Assembly (NCBI GenBank): GCA_965248105.1
Contig: CBDFIK010000006.1
Span: 2,145,926-2,209,925, forward strand
Direction of reading: 5' to 3'
DNA: 64,000 nt
DNA from: Bryobacterales bacterium
Lineage (GTDB): Bacteria > Acidobacteriota > Terriglobia > Bryobacterales > UBA6623
Shown here one piece after another: positions 26,197 to 34,787 of the stretch (position 1 is the first letter of the stretch; every line of letters begins with the position of its first letter). Under the pieces are notes generated by a model. It worked only from the letters and a program-made list of their open reading frames with translations, searched no databases and was not told the DNA's origin. The position numbers and the translations under genes are program-made.

Positions 26197-26706
26197 ATGT
26201 CATTGAGCGATGCACTACTGCCGGAGTTTGACCATGAGATGGCAAACACCCGCAAGAGCTTGGAGCGCGTACCGGAGGACAAGCTCGACTGGAAACCACA
26301 CACCAAGTCCATGACTCTGGGCCACCTCGCGGGACATCTCGCCGAGATACCCACTTGGGGGACAACAACCGTCAACGAGGAGTCCTTTGACATTGCTCCA
26401 ACTGATGGGCCCGCCCACGAACCCTTCAAAGCAAAATCCGTAGCGGAGGCCCTCGAGAGGTTCGACAAGAACGTAGCTGCCGCGCGTGCCGCCATAGAAG
26501 GAGCAAGCGACGAGACACTACTGAGGCCGTGGTCGTTGCTCCATGGTGGAAATACGGTCTTTACGCTGCCCCGCATCGCCGTTCTCCGCAGCTTTGTGAT
26601 GAGCCACTCGATACATCACCGTGCGCAGCTCGGGGTGTACCTGCGCTTGAATGATGTCCCTGTCCCTGCGATTTACGGACCATCCGCGGACGAATCCGGG
26701 ATGTAG
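26197..26706 (+). CDS. DinB-family protein
   Basis: 169 aa. Motifs: LDWKPHTKSMTLGHLAGHLA...HSIHHRAQLGVYLRL. Confidence 0.85.
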   Translation: MSLSDALLPEFDHEMANTRKSLERVPEDKLDWKPHTKSMTLGHLAGHLAEIPTWGTTTVNEESFDIAPTDGPAHEPFKAKSVAEALERFDKNVAAARAAIEGASDETLLRPWSLLHGGNTVFTLPRIAVLRSFVMSHSIHHRAQLGVYLRLNDVPVPAIYGPSADESGM

Positions 26707-26818
26707 CAGGATCACATAAGAACCCACGGAGCCCAGAAGACAAGCCACGGGCCAGCAGCACTCGGAGGATCGCGGCCGTGGAACCAAAGTGTGCCACAAG
26801 AGCTTCGATTCCGCGCCT

Positions 26819-26844
26819 GGGCAGACACGGTGGTCTGCCCCTAC
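26819..26844. repeat. REP-like palindrome + CTAC
   Basis: gggcagac-acggtg-gtctgccc-ctac. Same architecture and loop as 19951-19977. Confidence 0.7.
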
Positions 26845-26870
26845 AAACCCCGCTGTGCTACTTTGGCCCC

Positions 26871-28028
26871 ATGTTTTCCTCAAGAACCCGCTGGGACACT
26901 TCCCCGAACCGGCTGGCAGCGTGCCTCGAGAAGCGCCGGCGCCAGGGGCTGCCTATTCTTGATCTGACGGAGTCGAACCCGACCCACTGCGGCTTCGCCT
27001 ACGATCCCGAACCCATCTTGCAAGGACTGGCGGGCGAGGCTTCGCTGCGATATGAACCGGACCCACGGGGGCTCGCCGTCGCGCGTGAGGCAGTGGCTAA
27101 CTACTACGCCGACCGTCGGGCGCCCATCTCATCCGACCGGATTATCCTCACCACGGGGACCAGCGAAGCTTACAGCTTTCTGTTTCGGCTGCTAGCTGAC
27201 TCGGGGGACGAAATTCTCGCACCGGCGCCTAGCTATCCGCTGCTGGATTTCTTGGCGGAGCTGAATGACGTCAACCTGATCACCTACCCTCTTTTGTACG
27301 AAAATGGCTGGCGTATCGATCTCGAAAAACTAGCCGCGGCCATCAATCCTCGTAGCCGCGCCATCGTCGTCGTCACGCCCAACAACCCGACGGGATCGTT
27401 CCTCCGGCGCGGCGAGATCCAACGACTCATCGAGCTGGCGCGCGACCACGGCCTCGCGCTGATCGCCGATGAAGTATTCCGCGACTACGCCTGGGCGCCC
27501 GAAAGCAGCCAACCGGACAGCCTGGCCACTGTGGAGGACTGCCTTACGTTTACCTTGAGCGGGTTATCCAAAATCGCGGCTCTGCCCCAGATGAAACTGG
27601 CTTGGATCGTGACCAACGGACCGAGCCGGCTGGTTGAGGACGCGCTCCGTCGCTTGGAGGTTATCGCTGATACCTACCTATCGGTAAGCACCCCGGTCCA
27701 ACAGGCTGCCGCGAGCCTGATGGCACAAGGCAACCGCTTACGGCCACAACTTCTCGAGCGAATCCATGAGAATCTCACGTTCCTCGACAGGAGCCTAACC
27801 CGACGGTGCCGACGTCTCGAAGCCGAAGGCGGCTGGTACGCCATTCTACAAGTACCGGGGATCGCAGACGATGAAGATTGGGCTGTCCGGCTGCTCGAGG
27901 AAAAGGGTGTCTACGTCCACCCCGGCCAATTCTTCGGTTTCTCCCAAGAAGGGCATCTTGTGGTCAGCCTAATCACACCAGGGGAGATCTTCAGAAAAGG
28001 GACAGACCTGCTGCTAGCGCGCTTGTAA
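26871..28028 (+). CDS. PLP-dependent aminotransferase, class I/II
   Basis: From ATG 26871: MFSSRTRWDTSPNRL...ILDLTESNPT. Also NNPTGS and LSGLSKIAALPQMKLAW (Lys site). The upstream part of the track ORF covers a REP element. Confidence 0.85.
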   Translation: MFSSRTRWDTSPNRLAACLEKRRRQGLPILDLTESNPTHCGFAYDPEPILQGLAGEASLRYEPDPRGLAVAREAVANYYADRRAPISSDRIILTTGTSEAYSFLFRLLADSGDEILAPAPSYPLLDFLAELNDVNLITYPLLYENGWRIDLEKLAAAINPRSRAIVVVTPNNPTGSFLRRGEIQRLIELARDHGLALIADEVFRDYAWAPESSQPDSLATVEDCLTFTLSGLSKIAALPQMKLAWIVTNGPSRLVEDALRRLEVIADTYLSVSTPVQQAAASLMAQGNRLRPQLLERIHENLTFLDRSLTRRCRRLEAEGGWYAILQVPGIADDEDWAVRLLEEKGVYVHPGQFFGFSQEGHLVVSLITPGEIFRKGTDLLLARL

Positions 28029-28209
28029 ACGCGTGACGGGCTACTCGCGGGCGCTGTATTGCAATCGGGCTTCTTCAGGGTGCCCAACGCAGAACCGCGG
28101 CCAAGATGAGATCTCGAAAGAATTGCTTCGTTCGAATCCCGGACCTTACACGAAAAACGCGCATAGCTATTTGGGTTGGATCTGCCCTAGCAGTCGGCAC
28201 CGTCGTCTT

Positions 28210-28255
28210 CGTCCACCTGGCTTCTAAATATACGTGACCGAACCTATGAAACGGA
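28210..28255 (+). repeat. Dispersed 46-nt AT-richer repeat, copy A
   Basis: cgtccacctggcttctaaatatacgtgaccgaacctatgaaacgga. 44 of 46 nt are identical to the reverse complement of 46737-46782. Confidence 0.85.
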
Positions 28256-28292
28256 GTTCCGGACATCCTCATGAAACGAACTACTAAGCTAA

Positions 28293-28480
28293 CCCACATT
28301 TCTCACGGCGGGCGTATGGAAGGGGGGCCGCACCGCAGGAGGTAGCGGCCGTCACTTTTGGCCGTCCTAATTTCGAGTTGGGCCGGCAATCCTGCCGGCT
28401 TCATACTCGATCTTGCGGGCGAATTCGAACCGAGTGTGCATCCTGCGTGGGCCACTCCTCACGGTCGCGGCAGGGCAACC
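28293..28480. mobile_element. Probable remnant of an IS1380-family 3' (IRR-side) end
   Basis: ctaacccacatttctcacggc (28289-28309) matches ctaacccgcatttctcacgac (19851-19871). Further collinear patches are gagtgtgcatc and cctcac..g.cg..g..caacc. Confidence 0.4.
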
Positions 28481-28558
28481 ACTGCGAACTCAGCCGCCGC
28501 CCTTTGCACTCGACCCATCCACAATGGCAGGATAGATATTGTCTTTTAGGAGCTTCCC

Positions 28559-29551
28559 GTGAAGCTCGGTGTCAACACCTACTTTCTTCACTTTCTCGAA
28601 TTCGAGCAGGGCCTACGCTTCGCGAAGGACCACGGCGTGCAAGCTCTCGAATTTGGGCTGCTTGGCGAGCCCAGCCTCAAGTACTGTGACATGGAGAAGC
28701 TCCTGGCTGATCGAGATGCGCTCCGCCGCTGGCTTGACGCGTTGGCTGAGCACGGGCTCGAAATCAGCGGATTCACCGCTCACGGGGAGCCCCTCTCGTC
28801 CGACCCGGAAGTGGTCAAAGCGTATTCCAGCTATTTCCAAAAAGTCTGCCGCTTGGCGGAAGCGGCGGGCGCCCCGCGGCTGATCGTACTTTCCGGCATT
28901 CCAGCCGGCGCTCCGGGAGATGCTTGTCCCAACTGGGTGGTCGACTCCTTCCCTCTCGAGAACCGCCGCATTTTACGATGGCAGTGGGAAGAACGATTGA
29001 TCCCCTTCTGGCGAGAACACGGCAAGATCGCAGAAGACCATGGGTGCATCGTCTGCGTGGAACCGCAAATTGGTCAGTTGGTTCATTCCCCTACCACCAT
29101 GGCAAAGCTGCGCGAGGCAGTCGGCCCTGTTATCGGGTGTAACTTCGACCCGTCTCACATGTTCGTGCAGCAGATCGACGTGTTGGAAGCGATCCGGTTC
29201 CTGGGAGATGCGATCCACCACGTCCACGTGAAGGACACACGCTTCTTTCCGCACAACCTGCGGCTGAAGGGAGTCCTCGACAATACCTCCTACACGAAAC
29301 CCGAAGACCGCTCCTGGAATTTCACGCTTATCGGATGGGGACACGATCAAACCTTCTGGCGGGACTTCGTTTCCACGCTGCGCTTTGTGGGCTACGAGGG
29401 CACCCTATCCGTTGAGATGGAGAGCAACTATATCAATGTCAAAGAGGGCCTCGAGAAATCTTTCGCGTTCCTGAAACCGCTGTTGCTTAAAGAGCCGACG
29501 GGGATAACGTGGTGGGAGCACAGCGGGCTCGATCTCTCAAAGGAGGACTAA
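28559..29551 (+). CDS. Sugar phosphate isomerase/epimerase (xylose isomerase-like TIM barrel)
   Basis: 330 aa, GTG start. Family-like layout with LEFGLLGEP, CVEPQIG, FDPSHMF and SVEMES. Confidence 0.8.
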   Translation: MKLGVNTYFLHFLEFEQGLRFAKDHGVQALEFGLLGEPSLKYCDMEKLLADRDALRRWLDALAEHGLEISGFTAHGEPLSSDPEVVKAYSSYFQKVCRLAEAAGAPRLIVLSGIPAGAPGDACPNWVVDSFPLENRRILRWQWEERLIPFWREHGKIAEDHGCIVCVEPQIGQLVHSPTTMAKLREAVGPVIGCNFDPSHMFVQQIDVLEAIRFLGDAIHHVHVKDTRFFPHNLRLKGVLDNTSYTKPEDRSWNFTLIGWGHDQTFWRDFVSTLRFVGYEGTLSVEMESNYINVKEGLEKSFAFLKPLLLKEPTGITWWEHSGLDLSKED

Positions 29552-29552
29552 A

Positions 29553-30278
29553 ATGCCGGTCAATATCGAATGGGTAGCGCATGCCTGCTTCCGCGTCTGG
29601 CGCGACGGGGGACCGGTGGTCGTCATGGACCCCTACACTCGTTCCGCGCTCGAGAAATCCGGTCTGCCCAAGGACACATCCTCGCTCGAAGGCGACACGG
29701 TGATCTGCAGTTCACTGACCGATCTTGCCCATGGAAACCCGAAGTTAGTCACAGGCGATCCCCAGGTCATCAATGCACTCGACATCGTCGAGAAAGGGCT
29801 CAAACCCGAAATCGACGGAGGCACCGTCGTCGCGGTCGGCGCCGCCGAGCACCCCGACCACACCCTGCACGACCCCATGGACAATGCTCTCTATTCCATA
29901 AAGTTCGACGATCTTTGGGTCATGCATGTTGGTGATCTCGGTTATGGACTCAATGCCGCGGAGTTGGCTCCTTTCGTCGGCCACTGCGACGTGCTGCTGG
30001 CGATCACCGGAGACCACAACACGATTCCCCTCCCGGACCTCGATTTCATGATCGAACACCTCAAGCCCAAGTGGGTCATTCCGATGCACTACTTCCTGCC
30101 TCCGTTCGGCGAGGGCATGGCCCCGGTTGGCAAGTTCATCGATCGGCGTCGGAGCGATCCGGTCGTCTATCCCAGATGCACGACAATTCGCCTCCCCACG
30201 GAAATCCCCGGCGCCAACGGAGGGCCGGCCATCATCGTGCTTGAGCCGTCGAGTTACGAACTGACGGGATATGGCTAG
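29553..30278 (+). CDS. MBL-fold metallo-hydrolase
   Basis: 241 aa. The N-terminus IEWVAHACFRVW is typical of the UlaG-like MBL subgroup. Immediately follows the TIM-barrel gene. Confidence 0.7.
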   Translation: MPVNIEWVAHACFRVWRDGGPVVVMDPYTRSALEKSGLPKDTSSLEGDTVICSSLTDLAHGNPKLVTGDPQVINALDIVEKGLKPEIDGGTVVAVGAAEHPDHTLHDPMDNALYSIKFDDLWVMHVGDLGYGLNAAELAPFVGHCDVLLAITGDHNTIPLPDLDFMIEHLKPKWVIPMHYFLPPFGEGMAPVGKFIDRRRSDPVVYPRCTTIRLPTEIPGANGGPAIIVLEPSSYELTGYG

Positions 30279-30357
30279 ACTGCCGCACCAGGCAAATTCA
30301 GATCAAAAGCAGGATGCGCTCTCTTACCGCCGCGCAACAGAAGCACGAGGCAAGTCA

Positions 30358-30891
30358 ATGAGTGATCAAGAAGTCGAAAGCTCCACTGTTTCGCTCGAAG
30401 AGGGATCGCCCGAAGCGCTTCACGCTCAACACGCCCTAGCGTTATTGAAATCAGAACAGAATCTAACCTCAGGCATCCTTGGTGGTGCGATCGGAGCCGT
30501 TTTGGGGGCTTCCGTCTGGGCCGGCATCACCGCTGTCACGGGATACCAGATAGCCTGGATGGCCGTAGGTGTCGGATTTCTCGCCGGATTCGGGGTACGC
30601 CTGCTTGGAAAGGGCATCGACCAAGCCTTTGGGATCGCCGGCGCGCTGCTGTCGCTGGCGGGGTGCGGTCTGGGCAACCTCCTCGCGGTGTGTGGCCTCG
30701 TGTCGAACCAGGAGGGCATTCCCTTCCTCGACCTATTGTCGCGCCTTGATCTAGAGATGGTTGCGGAACTGATGATGGCCACCTTTAGTCCCTTCGATCT
30801 TCTGTTTTACGGAATCGCCATGTATCAGGGCTACAAGTTTTCGTTCCGTCCCCTTTCTCCAGAGGATCTGGCGCTACCTTCTGAAGAGTGA
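30358..30891 (+). CDS. Hypothetical multi-pass membrane protein (glycine-zipper rich)
   Basis: From ATG 30358: acidic N-terminus followed by 4-5 hydrophobic segments (GILGGAIGAVLGASVWAGITAV, WMAVGVGFLAGFGV..). Confidence 0.5.
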   Translation: MSDQEVESSTVSLEEGSPEALHAQHALALLKSEQNLTSGILGGAIGAVLGASVWAGITAVTGYQIAWMAVGVGFLAGFGVRLLGKGIDQAFGIAGALLSLAGCGLGNLLAVCGLVSNQEGIPFLDLLSRLDLEMVAELMMATFSPFDLLFYGIAMYQGYKFSFRPLSPEDLALPSEE

Positions 30892-30964
30892 CGGGTCTCC
30901 TGACCCGGACCAGCCGGAAACCAAATTGGAGAGGGCGTAGTAAAGCTCGGAAGCTGGCGCGGCG

Positions 30965-31039
30965 CGTGTGTGATCCACTGAGACTCCCTGGGACCAACGG
31001 AAGGTAGCGGTCATCGTGCTTGAGCCATCGAGCTACGAA
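30965..31039 (+). pseudogene. Decayed duplicate of the MBL-hydrolase 3' end
   Basis: ccaacggaaggtagcggtcatcgtgcttgagccatcgagctacgaa against 30216-30261 ccaacggagggccggccatcatcgtgcttgagccgtcgagttacgaa. Contains a 1-nt deletion and abuts the IS end. Confidence 0.65.
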
Positions 31040-31133
31040 CCCGCATTTTCAATTTGATCTTCGACATCCCGACCTTGCAGCGGCCTTCGGCGTCTTTAAT
31101 GATAGGGGTTCAAGCCTAATCAAGACGCCAGGA
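31040..31133 (+). mobile_element. Truncated IS1380-family 5' (IRL-side) end
   Basis: cccgcattttcaatttgat...cgaccttgcagcggccttcggcgtctttaatgataggggtt..gacgccagg is collinear with the reverse complement of 21638-21545, at about 75-80% identity. Similarity ends near the transposase start. Confidence 0.7.
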
Positions 31134-31264
31134 GCGACAGCGAAAGGAGTAGCGAACATGGCGGCAGCGCGAAAACCGTTGCAGCGCAGACTGGGGGTCG
31201 GCTATTCTCTCTGCGGCAGGATGGCCAAAAAAGAAACTCTCCCTGACACTGGATCGAAAATTGG

Positions 31265-31903
31265 ATGACCGACTTCCCCAAAAGCCTCGGCGACGAAACC
31301 ATCAGGAGCCAGCGCTTCGCTATGCTCGATGAGCCGCACATCAAGAACTTCACGTCACTGGTCAAAGAAATTCGACGCCAGGAAGGATTTTCCGAGGAGG
31401 TACCTTACTTCGATCCGATGGATGGGGGGAGCAACGCTAGAGCCTTGTTCCTTCTAGAAGCGCCGGGGGCGAAAGCTGTTCTTAGCGGATTCATTTCGCG
31501 AAACAACCCCGATGAGACTGCGAAGAACATGTTTGTCGCTCTCCAAGACGCTGATTTGCCTAGGAACGAAACCGCGTTGTGGAACATTGTTCCATGGTAC
31601 CTAGGCTCAGGCTCGAAGATTCGACCGGCAAGTGCAAGGGATATTGAACACGGCAAAGCATATGTTCCCAGGCTGTTAGAGATCCTACCGAGGCTCAGAG
31701 TCGTTGCCCTTTTCGGCCGCAAGGCACAGCGTATTGGGACTTGGCTTGAGACCGTTGCGAACCGTCGCTTCGAGGTTGTTCCTGTGCCCCACCCGAGCCC
31801 GAAGTTTGTCAACCGCCGACCGGGCAACAGAGATCTCCTTCTCGAGTCGATCCAAACCGTCGCCGATTTCTTAGCCCTTGACGATGCACGAACGACCGCA
31901 TGA
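31265..31903 (+). CDS. Uracil-DNA glycosylase superfamily protein
   Basis: 212 aa. LFLLEAPG (motif A-like) and VPHPSPKFVNRR (motif B-like). Confidence 0.7.
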   Translation: MTDFPKSLGDETIRSQRFAMLDEPHIKNFTSLVKEIRRQEGFSEEVPYFDPMDGGSNARALFLLEAPGAKAVLSGFISRNNPDETAKNMFVALQDADLPRNETALWNIVPWYLGSGSKIRPASARDIEHGKAYVPRLLEILPRLRVVALFGRKAQRIGTWLETVANRRFEVVPVPHPSPKFVNRRPGNRDLLLESIQTVADFLALDDARTTA

Positions 31904-32519
31904 GTCGACGGCAAAAGCGGAGGCCTGGGACCGCCGGGAGAAATCCGAACTGTGTCAGAATAACGTGCACGAAAAAAGCGCAGTACGGTCAACGACTGCG
32001 GTAGCCGCCGCCTGCAAGTCCGTGGGAGAGTTTTTTCCTGACTTGGATTCGGACGAGTTACTGGTAGGCGGGCTGCTTCACAATATCGGCGAATTTGTTC
32101 TTCTCTCTCAATTCCGCGAGGACTACGAGAGGGCCATCTCCCTCACGGACAGCATGACCCACTACCAAGCCCAAGGGGAAGTCTTCGGTGTTGACTCGCG
32201 ACAGGTAGGCCGTTGGCTGCTTGAAGCCTGGAGGATTCCGAGCATCCTAGCAGTGGCTGCGGAGCACTGGGAAGCTCCACGGCAGCCATCCCTCGACTCT
32301 CACGACACGATGTTCATGGACCTGATTCATGTGGGGATTGGGCTTGGCCGCTCTTGGTCGCGCCAACTCACCGTCGACGAGGCGATATCGTCCATCCAGC
32401 CGGATGCTCTCGGTGAGCTATCGCTCGACGAAGAGACTCTCCAGGAAGTCTACGAGAACTTATCGGAGCCGACGGCCAAAGTGCGCTCTATCCGCGATGC
32501 GGTTTGTTGCGCTGCCTAA
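31878..32519 (+). CDS. HDOD-domain fragment (N-terminal part of the domain missing; possibly a pseudogene)
   Basis: LLVGGLLHNIGEFVLLSQF...GVDSRQVGRWLLEAWRIP. The first ~40 residues of the ORF look non-native. Confidence 0.5.
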   Translation: MTMHERPHESTAKAEAWDRREKSELCQNNVHEKSAVRSTTAVAAACKSVGEFFPDLDSDELLVGGLLHNIGEFVLLSQFREDYERAISLTDSMTHYQAQGEVFGVDSRQVGRWLLEAWRIPSILAVAAEHWEAPRQPSLDSHDTMFMDLIHVGIGLGRSWSRQLTVDEAISSIQPDALGELSLDEETLQEVYENLSEPTAKVRSIRDAVCCAA

Positions 32520-32574
32520 GGATGGGCCAATTGATACACGCCGAACTGTGCGCCGGATCCGGGCGGCGGCGTCG

Positions 32575-32830
32575 AGTTCCCTCCCGTTGAAATGCGCCAC
32601 AGCGGTGTAATATCGGGCGTCCGCGTGATCACTGTCCAGCGCCAAGATCTTCTCGAAGTACGAGCGAGCCCGAACCTAATCCCCTCTATCCAGCAAGATA
32701 CGCCCCAGATGGAAAAGAGCGTCAACATTTTTGAATCAAGCTCGACGGCTTGTTCAAGCGCCTCACTCGCCTCGCTGTATTGCCCATAAATACTTTTCCA
32801 CCCAGGCTCGAGCCTCCGCGTACTCCGCTA
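32575..32830 (-). pseudogene. TPR-repeat protein remnant
   Basis: ..YGQYSEASEALEQAVELDSK / NVDALFHLGRILLDRGD-TAG-VRARSYFEKILALDSDHADARYYTAVAHFNGRELDAAA. Carries one frameshift at an A-run and one in-frame stop. Confidence 0.45.
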
Positions 32831-33098
32831 GCTCGAAATGAACGGCCAATCACCCGCATCGACGATCGCCACGTCGGCATCGTCTACGAAGGCAGCCAAG
32901 CCAACCTCGTCTTCGAGAAGCTTTCGCTCGACGAGCTGCTGAGAAAAGGATAGTAACCGTCCGCCGGAGGGCTTCTGGTGACGGCGTCGCTACCGGGGGC
33001 AGATTCCTAACCCGCCGCCCGATGAACCAAAACTGGTTTACAAGATCTGGCAAGATGTCCGCAAACAGAGTCGTTGCTCAAGCCAAGGAGGCAAAAGC

Positions 33099-34361
33099 AT
33101 GCCTGATTTCATGACAAGAAGGAACATCCTGCATTTCGCGGGAGCCGGCGCTGCCGGTCTCCTCGTGGGTAGGGAACTACGAGCCGGGCATGCTCCGAAA
33201 GCTGTTGTTGATTCCACCAAGGTCATCACCAATCGGCCGCACTTATACCATGGCTGGCCGACGCTCGCTCGACGGCGCAACGGCGAGCTGCTGGTCGTTT
33301 GCTCGGGAGGCCGCGAAGCCCATGTCGGCCCGTTCGGCCGGGTGGAGTTGATGCGTTCCAGAGACAATGGTGAAACTTGGACCTTCCCCCGCGTGCTGAT
33401 CGACGGTCCGATCGACGATCGCGACGCGGGTGTGCTGGAGACGGCCAAGGGTTCGATCCTGGTGACTACGTTCACGTCTCTGGCTTACGAGGATCGGCTG
33501 AACAAAGCGCTGAAGATGAAGCCGGATGATGAGAACGCCTGGCCGCCGGAGAAGATCCGCCGCTGGCAAGCGGTCCACCATCGAGTCGACGCCGCACAGC
33601 GGGAAGTGGAGCTCGGTAGCTGGATCATCCGCTCTACCGATGCGGGGCGGTCGTGGTCGGTGCCGTACCGCTGCCCGGTAAACAGTCCCCATGGGCCGAT
33701 TCAGCTTTCTGACGGGCGCTTGCTTTACGCCGGTAAACTTTTTTGGTACGGGCGGGCGGGCCAGGGCCAAGGGCGCATTGGCGTTTGTGAGTCGGCTGAC
33801 GACGGCGAAACGTGGCGCTGGTTGGCCGAAATCCCGACCCGCCCCGGCGACAACTTCGACGATTATCACGAGCTGCATGCGGTCGAAGCCGCCGACGGCG
33901 GGATCATCGCTCAGATTCGGAACCACAATAAATCGAATGAGCGCGAAACCCTGCAAAGCGAATCTCGCGACGGAGGGAAGAGCTGGTCCGTAGCTCATTC
34001 CGTCGGTGTCTGGGGATATCCTTCGCACCTGCTACGGCTGAGCGACGATCGCCTTCTGATGACCTACGGCCATCGCCGCGATCCCATTGGGAACCAGGTC
34101 CGCATTAGCGACGATCATGGCCGGAGTTGGTCTTCGGCGATGATCATCTCCGGCGACGGAAGCTCGACCGATCTCGGCTACCCTTCGACCGTGGAGCTGG
34201 ACGACGGTTCGCTGTTGACGGTCTGGTACGAGTTGATGCAAAGCTCCCCTGCTGATCTGCCCCAATACAATGTTCGGGGCCGGGACGAAGCCTGGTTCAA
34301 GATGACAAGGCAGTTGGCGGGAGCGGTGCTGCGCCAGGCGAGGTGGAAGATCGAGGGGTGA
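33099..34361 (+). CDS. BNR/Asp-box repeat glycoside hydrolase (sialidase-like), TAT signal
   Basis: N-terminus MTRRNILHFAGAGAAGLL. Asp-boxes SRDNGETW, STDAGRSW, SADDGETW, SRDGGKSW, SDDHGRSW. Confidence 0.8.
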   Translation: MPDFMTRRNILHFAGAGAAGLLVGRELRAGHAPKAVVDSTKVITNRPHLYHGWPTLARRRNGELLVVCSGGREAHVGPFGRVELMRSRDNGETWTFPRVLIDGPIDDRDAGVLETAKGSILVTTFTSLAYEDRLNKALKMKPDDENAWPPEKIRRWQAVHHRVDAAQREVELGSWIIRSTDAGRSWSVPYRCPVNSPHGPIQLSDGRLLYAGKLFWYGRAGQGQGRIGVCESADDGETWRWLAEIPTRPGDNFDDYHELHAVEAADGGIIAQIRNHNKSNERETLQSESRDGGKSWSVAHSVGVWGYPSHLLRLSDDRLLMTYGHRRDPIGNQVRISDDHGRSWSSAMIISGDGSSTDLGYPSTVELDDGSLLTVWYELMQSSPADLPQYNVRGRDEAWFKMTRQLAGAVLRQARWKIEG

Positions 34362-34787
34362 GGCTCGCGGCTGAAAGGATAGGGTTGTCTGCATGATAGA
34401 GCCGTCCGCCTGAGGGCGCAGCTACTCATGCCCTCTCGTTCCACAGTCGCTGTACATCCTTCCAGGTCGATAATTTTTCTTCGCGCATGCTCCCGTACGT
34501 GAGTGTGAGCTTGGGGTTGCACCCCCATTGATCTTGTACGTAGCCTCGAATGAAGCGCGTGTAGAACCTATGTCATCCCAGCGGCTGGCGCTGCCGGTGA
34601 AATCTGTGTGAATGGAGCCGCTGCACGTCTTTTCCAACCAGGCGATCTAATTATCATCGCCGGCTTTTGCTGGTGGGATGACAAGGCCATCAGGTCACAT
34701 CCCCGGCGATCGTGATCGGGGAGGGGGAAGACCGAATTCCCGCGGGTGTGTAGGGAAATATAAGAGAGGGGTAAAACTACCATTTCA

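Noticed and set aside
28120-28150. gttcgaatcc, a tRNA T-loop-like string
   Set aside because: The flanking bases cannot form a T-stem or acceptor stem, so no cloverleaf can be drawn.
34563-34683. Inverted repeat gtcatcccagcggc / gctggtgggatgac upstream of ino1, considered as a MITE or riboswitch
   Set aside because: Only ~11 of 14 nt pair, I saw no other copies in the window, and it has no resemblance to a riboswitch class I know.
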